From contig CM120645.1 of assembly GCA_051362555.1 (NCBI GenBank), positions 18,848,001-18,912,000 on the forward strand: DNA of 64,000 bases, in the 5' to 3' direction. The DNA comes from Lingula anatina (Eukaryota > Animalia > Brachiopoda). The notes below the pieces were generated by a model. That model ran no database searches, had not been told where the DNA came from, and was given only the letters and a program-made list of their open reading frames with translations. A program made the translations under genes and the position numbers. Below, piece after piece: positions 1-64,000 of this stretch; positions within the stretch are counted from its first letter, which is position 1, and the number at the start of each line of letters is the position of its first letter.

Positions 1-302
1 GCATGTATCTTGCAAAAATTTCTTGACCTAATTTCTTGAGGTCTTTGTTATATTCTGAAATAAACATTCCTTAGAGCAACAACAATTTACTGGACCAGAA
101 ACATATAACCTGTGTTAGGTAATTAACAATGAGAATATCTCCAAATACAAGCAGAGAAGCAGAGAAAAATCCCAATCAACATTGTTTATTGGAATATTAA
201 AATATTTACGACCAGTTTCAGATTATGTCTACAATTATTTTTAGGAACCTGGTAAAATATATATTTACAATTAACATATCCCATCTCTTTAACATAACTC
301 AC

Positions 303-57746
<57,444 letters not shown>

Positions 57747-57749
57747 CTT

Positions 57750-58100
57750 GATGGTGTTACACAGATGATATTAGTGAAAATGTTAACGTCTTCTTTTTCC
57801 TGCCATGACTTCACCGATGCATCTTCTCTGATTATAACATCCGGGCATCTGCCAGGTGCTTGCGCAAATCCCAGAATGCATTGCCAGCAATCTGTTCATT
57901 TTGTTTGTTTAGGGAAGTTGAAAGTGCGCTAAAATTAAATTTGCCGGCTGTTGGCCAAAAGCTGTCTTACATAGACAGACAGGTAGATATTATATAGCTT
58001 TGTTTGGTTAAGATTATTCAATAAAACTAAGAGGGTCAAACAGCACAACTGCTGCATCGACCGGCGGGCCGCCTACAGTTCTACTGGTACAGGTGCATAC
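57750..58100 (-). promoter_or_regulatory. Putative Cav1 promoter/5'UTR with a Staf/ZNF143-like site
   Basis: CpG-retaining stretch next to the candidate exon 1; ATCCCAGAATGCATTGCC (57868-57885) preceded by TGCGCA. Confidence 0.45.
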
Positions 58101-61100
58101 AGCAGACGCTCCAAACGATAATCTATCATGAAATCATGTTTTCAGACTGTCAAGTCTTACGTGTGTTTTGTGCTCAGGTGATTTTACCATGGATAATGAT
58201 TTATTTCTCGAGGTTAAGGAGGACTAGGTCCCAGTATTCCTAACATCTCCCACAGCAGGTTGCAGCAGTAACATGAGGCAAACAGCCTCGCACTTTGTTA
58301 AAATGAACGTTCTTAAACAACTGGCTGCCTCATGAGTCACAATGACTGTGAAAGTCTATGTATGGTAGCACATAAGGGCACTGCAGTTTCCACTGCACAG
58401 ACAACTCATTCTGTGCTCTGCTGCAAAATATATTATTGCAAGGCAAAGTGCTAGCTCTTGCAAAGCAACAATGGTTAGGCCTATATCTCAAATTTGACAA
58501 GCGTGCAACTTCTTTGTATTATGTTCATTGTATTTGTTATAGTGATATACTTGACTAATAGTGCATATATAATAAATAACTGATAAGACTGTCTTTTGTG
58601 TTGTTTTATCTTCGTGCAGGCCTGCCCCGATGAGTTAATTAGGGCATATAGGGTAGGCCTATTTATTACAAAATTACACAAAGCGCGTTTTAACTCAGGC
58701 GGTTTCTGAAAGCCCTATTTACAGGCATTTTACCTGTCTTCACTACGAATTTTAGACTATATCATGCATTCCTCCTATCTGACCAATTATCTGTTATGAG
58801 TTAATTTTTCAGAGTCTTCCTTTAAAAGGAAGGAGCTCTTCCTCAAAATGATATAAATCAAAGGCCTGATAAAATACCTAACACGGAGTGTGACTGGCGT
58901 GTGTTGCATCATTGTCTTTCCTGTATATGATCATGGACCTTTTTATCATTTTACTTCTTCCCCTACTTTACTGCATAAAACAGGACACAAGACGGTACCA
59001 TGGGTAGCCTATTATAAATGCAAAGAGGGGTGGGGTGGGGGGGGGGGGGAGGCAGCGGCGGGCCAAGTTAAACAACCTGTAGTGGCAGTAATGGCTACTC
59101 ACTCCACTTCATAATTTCGTTCAATCAAGATAAAATTTTTGATGCTGATAGTACAATGAAATGACACACAACTTGCATTCGCTTAAAAAAGAGCTGCCAG
59201 AAATTAAAAGATAGTTCCACTTCGATCGATTTTGATGACGTGACTGAATCTAGGTTATGGTAGTCTGAAATGTCCGCAGTTTGTAAATAAGGCTACCCCC
59301 GCCCCTCCCCAACCACAGCACGGAATGTTTTCTTTCGTCAGTTTATAACCCATTTAATCTGGCTTTTAAACATATTTGTACATATTACTTCTTTATTGTT
59401 TCTTCACACGTCATCATCTTCACTATACGTTTTTTGTTTTTTGTTTTTTTTTTGTAAAAAATATTAGTTGAAAATTGAGCAAATCAAACATTTGATGATA
59501 AAATGATTCAAAACCAAAAAAAACAAACTTTTTTCATCAAAATAATGAATTTCATGACTGATTATAGTAGCCCTAATGAGAAGCATCTTGGTCTTACATT
59601 AAGTGATGCGGGATATTAAATAGGCCATACATACACAGATTTCAAAAGTTATAAAAGAAATTCTGTTATCTTTCATTCAGGGCAAAAAATTATCGGTATC
59701 GGTCATCACTTTTATCTGTAGGCCTAACCAATAATCTTTTCTCTAATGACCTCACAGGTATCATCAACACCAAGAAAATAGTCTTCGATCCCCATAAACT
59801 GGGAACTCTACGAGTGTGGAGGCAGTAAGGATGATGAAAGCAGTAAAACACAATTGCTACAGTTGAGCGGAACTTTTTAAGACCTGCCGTCACATTTAGA
59901 GTAATCGCTGTTGCACTTGCGTTGCAAGTGGGTGTCAACGTCGTTCGTAGCACTGGTGAAAGGCTAGATCCAAACTTCACCTTGCCTATATCAATCATAC
60001 GCAGATCTAGTAGGTGATGCACACCCTTTGCCACCCCACCCCGCACAAAAAATAACAGTTTTCCGATCAGCGCAACCCCACCCCGTCACCCCCTAAGAAG
60101 GGAGAAAAGACATATTTTGAGTCCTGCATAGCAATCGGGTTTGGGGCGGGGGGATGGCTTAAAAAAGAGAGAAACAGATATTCTGCCTATCACAACTATG
60201 CATACACTTCCTGACATCCAGAAATCACTAGTGTCAATATAAATAGATTGGTACCTGATAATCGGGTTTAGGGAGAGATCCCGTGTTTCCAACCCAGTAA
60301 CAAATATAAACTCTCCTTTACGCCGTTCTTGATTAAGTGATCATGACAATTTGATTCACGATGGATGTTTGAAAAACCAAGTCACTAATGGTGGAATATG
60401 CAAATAGTCATTATGATAAAACTATAATGATACGATGAGATAACTCCTTCCAAAGATAATGACTTTTTATTGACGCCGTGTCTGTTTGTAGAAAGAGCCA
60501 TGGCTGCTTGAACATAATAATAACTGTATTAAGTCGATTTTCTTAATTTTAAACTATCTGTTACAACTGGAGACCCGCATGTAATTTTCCCCCTACCAGG
60601 CACCTTCTAGCTGTTACAAAATTGAACGATTTTGTAACAGCTACAGGTGGATGGTCTCTCGTAAAGGGTACATTTCATCCAAGTCACAGGTGCGAGGATG
60701 TGTTAACCATCGTCCCATCAATAGACTTCTACACAGCACTAAGTAAAACCGCCATAACTTGGCTGGGAATGCGCCCACAGACAAACACTGATGGTCATTC
60801 AATGTGGTTCCTATGTTTGACGGTGATGTAATCGTATGAATAAAAAAATTGCTCACCAAAATTTTTAAAAAACGCAAGAGGTTGAGGTGTTATTCAGCTC
60901 GTCTAAAGGCATCAAAAATATTCATTTATCTTTCGTGGTTCATATAGATAAAAAATTAAATGGTACATGGGCATGCTACATGTCAATATCCCTCTTCGTC
61001 ATCTTTGTGGTTTGCAAGATGGACAAGTAACATAGTTATCGTCACGTTACGCCCATATTGTATTGTTTAACCTTTTTAATAGCCTTTTCTCGTGCGATAT

Positions 61101-61476
61101 ACCATAGTTCAAAACTACAAACAAGTTAAAGGGACACTTTATTAGAGTTTTGTTTTAAATCTTCCTTTTTAAATTGAGAGATCTTACGTTTAGGCCACAA
61201 AGACACGTTAGACCTTTGTGGTATTGGAATAAGAAAATCACTACACCAGCTCAAATATCCAATTTTTCGTGAGGTAGTTGGCTTAAGACGAGAAAGAAGA
61301 ACGTCTTACAATGTTTTGTATTTTCACGAGATTGGAATACGACAGGGTGCTTATCAATTGGCAAGTATTAGAAAACTCTCGGTGACGTCATGCTGATGCG
61401 ATTTTTTGTGTCATTTCCCGCTAAAAGATCATGAACAGCTTCTTCAACACGAGCGCGCACACACACATACGCACAC

Positions 61477-61507
<31 letters not shown>

Positions 61508-63833
61508 TGTAGCACCAAAAGTGCCATTGTACGCAAATATATGCACTTTTTGACTATATCCTTGGTGACTTAATTTGATCTTTTAGCTGTGAACCAGTCC
61601 GCACTTACTGTACTTTAGCGGTGGTGGGACAACAGAGGGATTAGATTGGCGTCTTTTGAATAAAAATCAGTACCACGAAAATCTATGTGCGCCAAGCAAT
61701 ACCGCAACAAATTAACCAGAAATCAACTGAAAAGTATAAATACCCTAACAAGAAAACTATTCTTGTATAATAAAAGTTAGAATAGGATGCCTGGTATAAT
61801 CGTTTCATCAGTGGTCCTATTGAGGATTCAAGTTAATTCACCGTATAGATCTTAAGGAAAATATAGGTATTATTACTGATGCATCTCTGAAGATCTACTT
61901 TACGGTTGTCAAATAATAATAATACCTATATCAGTGGTCTTATCAGACGTTACAGGCAAAAGAACAGAACCAGCAAGTGCTTATGCCAATCATGGAAAGA
62001 AAAAATTGTATTTTTAGGTTTTAATATTTTTAAAGACCTATCTATAAAAATCGCCCATACAACATCTACAGGGCCCGCCCTATTTTCCATCAACAATGAC
62101 ACTAATCTTAAATAATCAAAAGTTCATCGGTTTGTGACAGCACTTACGAAACTTCAACAAAACGATAAATACTTACAGATCCAACTACATTCTTGTCGCT
62201 GCCAGTCACTGTTCAAAATATATAATGTTGACGTATCTTAGTCTTAAGTTAAAAGTTGGATGTCGCTGTCATTCTACTAAGATCTATCCTCTTTCAGGTT
62301 TCGACGACTCTCAAGTGTGGAATAATAATTTATTCTTTTGCGTTAACATAAAAAACTATCAAAAACTCCTGAGGCATTTCTTTCTTACACGTGACTGGCC
62401 CCTGCCTTTAAATGAGGCCAATAGTCGCTGTGGGACCTGGTGCGTAGTGTTCCGAGCGAATGAGTTAACTTAAGTTACGTGCTCAAGACAGACTTGCACA
62501 CCGGGGGGAGGGGGGGGGGAGCAAAAGAGTATAAGTCTCACACGTTCGTCCACGTGCTCGCGTTCACACTTACAAAAAACACACGTAAACAAATGGGAGC
62601 ACACTGCCACACACAAACGTCAGATGTGCACCTGCAATCAGCAATGCACAGACACAGTCGAAAACGTGAACACGTCGACTTGAGATATGTTTTTTGTTCC
62701 GTCCCTGTCACAGTTTTTTAACCTTCTTTTTCTGGCTTTTTTGGAAAAGAGCAATTTCCGTCGCAGGATCTATTAGGTATGCTGACAAGATTATCTATTA
62801 TCACTCATGGTTACCTATCTAGTGAACTGCAACTGATACTGTTTCATTTCATAACAATACAGCAGTGAGAAAAGAATACCAACGGCAACCTCCGGCATTT
62901 GATTAACAAGAACATGAGATGACGTAAACGGGAACACGAACGGAACAGCTTGAATTGTAAAAAAAAAAATGCAATATTTCTTCGCATATGCGCTTCATAC
63001 CACACAAACGAAGACACAAGAACTATAGTGCCCGGCAAAATAGACCTCTATTGACAACTGACTGAGATACAACTGTTAGCATTTCACGTATAACAGGTTT
63101 CTTCGAATGCACCCGACACAAGGAAGAGCTTTCATGATGACGTGAAGCATTTGATACTTAACATACTGCTGATCGTGTTAACCAATGCCGCTTGCATTAA
63201 AGCAAAGATAAGAATACGGAAAGAATAACCTACAGAAACCATAAAAATTAGTTGTAAGACGTGACTTTGTATTTCTACCCTGTATTTTATAGCCATTCTG
63301 TGCTCAAGTGACACACCACGGATAATGAAAATATTCCATATATTTATAATGATTACAGTATTTCAATGATAAGCGTTTTGATGAATTAACCATATCTTAT
63401 TATCTATCCGGTATCAATCCACATGATTTGACCACATGTTACTGGTATATACACTACAATACGACATATTACACCCTTAGAAGACTAGTAGATAAGACAT
63501 AAAGCATCTTGATAGAGTTAATGGCCATAAATTAACCTCATTTTTCAGCTGTCTGTGTTTTGCTATATTTTTGGAAAGAATCTTGAAATTTGATGAGGGA
63601 GAAGGGTGCTCCAAGCGTTCTACACATACGCTCCACGCCTACAGTGTACTTGTATGATGCATCAAGCGTCCGGAACCGCGCAAATTTAGATATAAACGTA
63701 ATTTAGAATTGAGCTCGAAATGCGGACACCGTTGGATACTTTAGTTAGGATAACGCTTTAGTGTAACCTTCCAGATTCGCGGTCGAAATCGTTACGTCTA
63801 AACGCTACAGAGGAAATCCACACTGACAAGAAT

Positions 63834-64000
63834 CAGGCCTACCCAACTACCAGACTCGCCACCTAAGGATCCTGAATTAACCGGTATATCGGACCACACT
63901 ACCCGTTTTCAAGGTGTGTGTCAGATCGTATTTCGGAGTATCATACCCAGAACAAATTTTGTAGGACGACTGCGAGCTCATCCACGCTCGACTGAACAAC
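63834..64000 (+). mobile_element. Second copy of the CAGGCCTACCC MITE family (cut off by window end)
   Basis: Clear identity to 42593-42720. Confidence 0.88.

Overview
AT-rich animal genomic DNA (invertebrate bilaterian; mollusc/lophotrochozoan-like by impression only). It holds the 5' part of an intron-rich L-type voltage-gated Ca2+ channel alpha-1 gene (Cav1; CACNA1C/D, egl-19, Ca-alpha1D family) on the minus strand. I assembled 18 phase-compatible coding exons by hand (2771 nt, about 923 aa). They run from a probable start exon at ~57.7 kb through the N-terminus (NSCaTE), domain I, the AID, domain II and the II-III loop; the gene continues past position 1. Highlights are in the splicing architecture, which the ORF track does not show: (i) a candidate 39-nt in-frame Cys-rich microexon (GPCSCCTCCWSRK) in the II-III loop with nearby Rbfox-type TGCATG motifs; (ii) two tandem 107-nt mutually exclusive exons for the domain I S3-S4 voltage sensor; (iii) a decayed partial duplicate of the IS6 exon; (iv) two minor-spliceosome introns (one AT-AC, one GT-AG); (v) two consecutive NAGNAG acceptors. 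Introns carry a 3.25-kb TA-flanked non-autonomous DNA transposon, several MITE and Helentron-like repeats, two minisatellites and many microsatellites. Most ORFs in the supplied track are spurious. All calls come from reading the sequence; no alignments or database searches were run.
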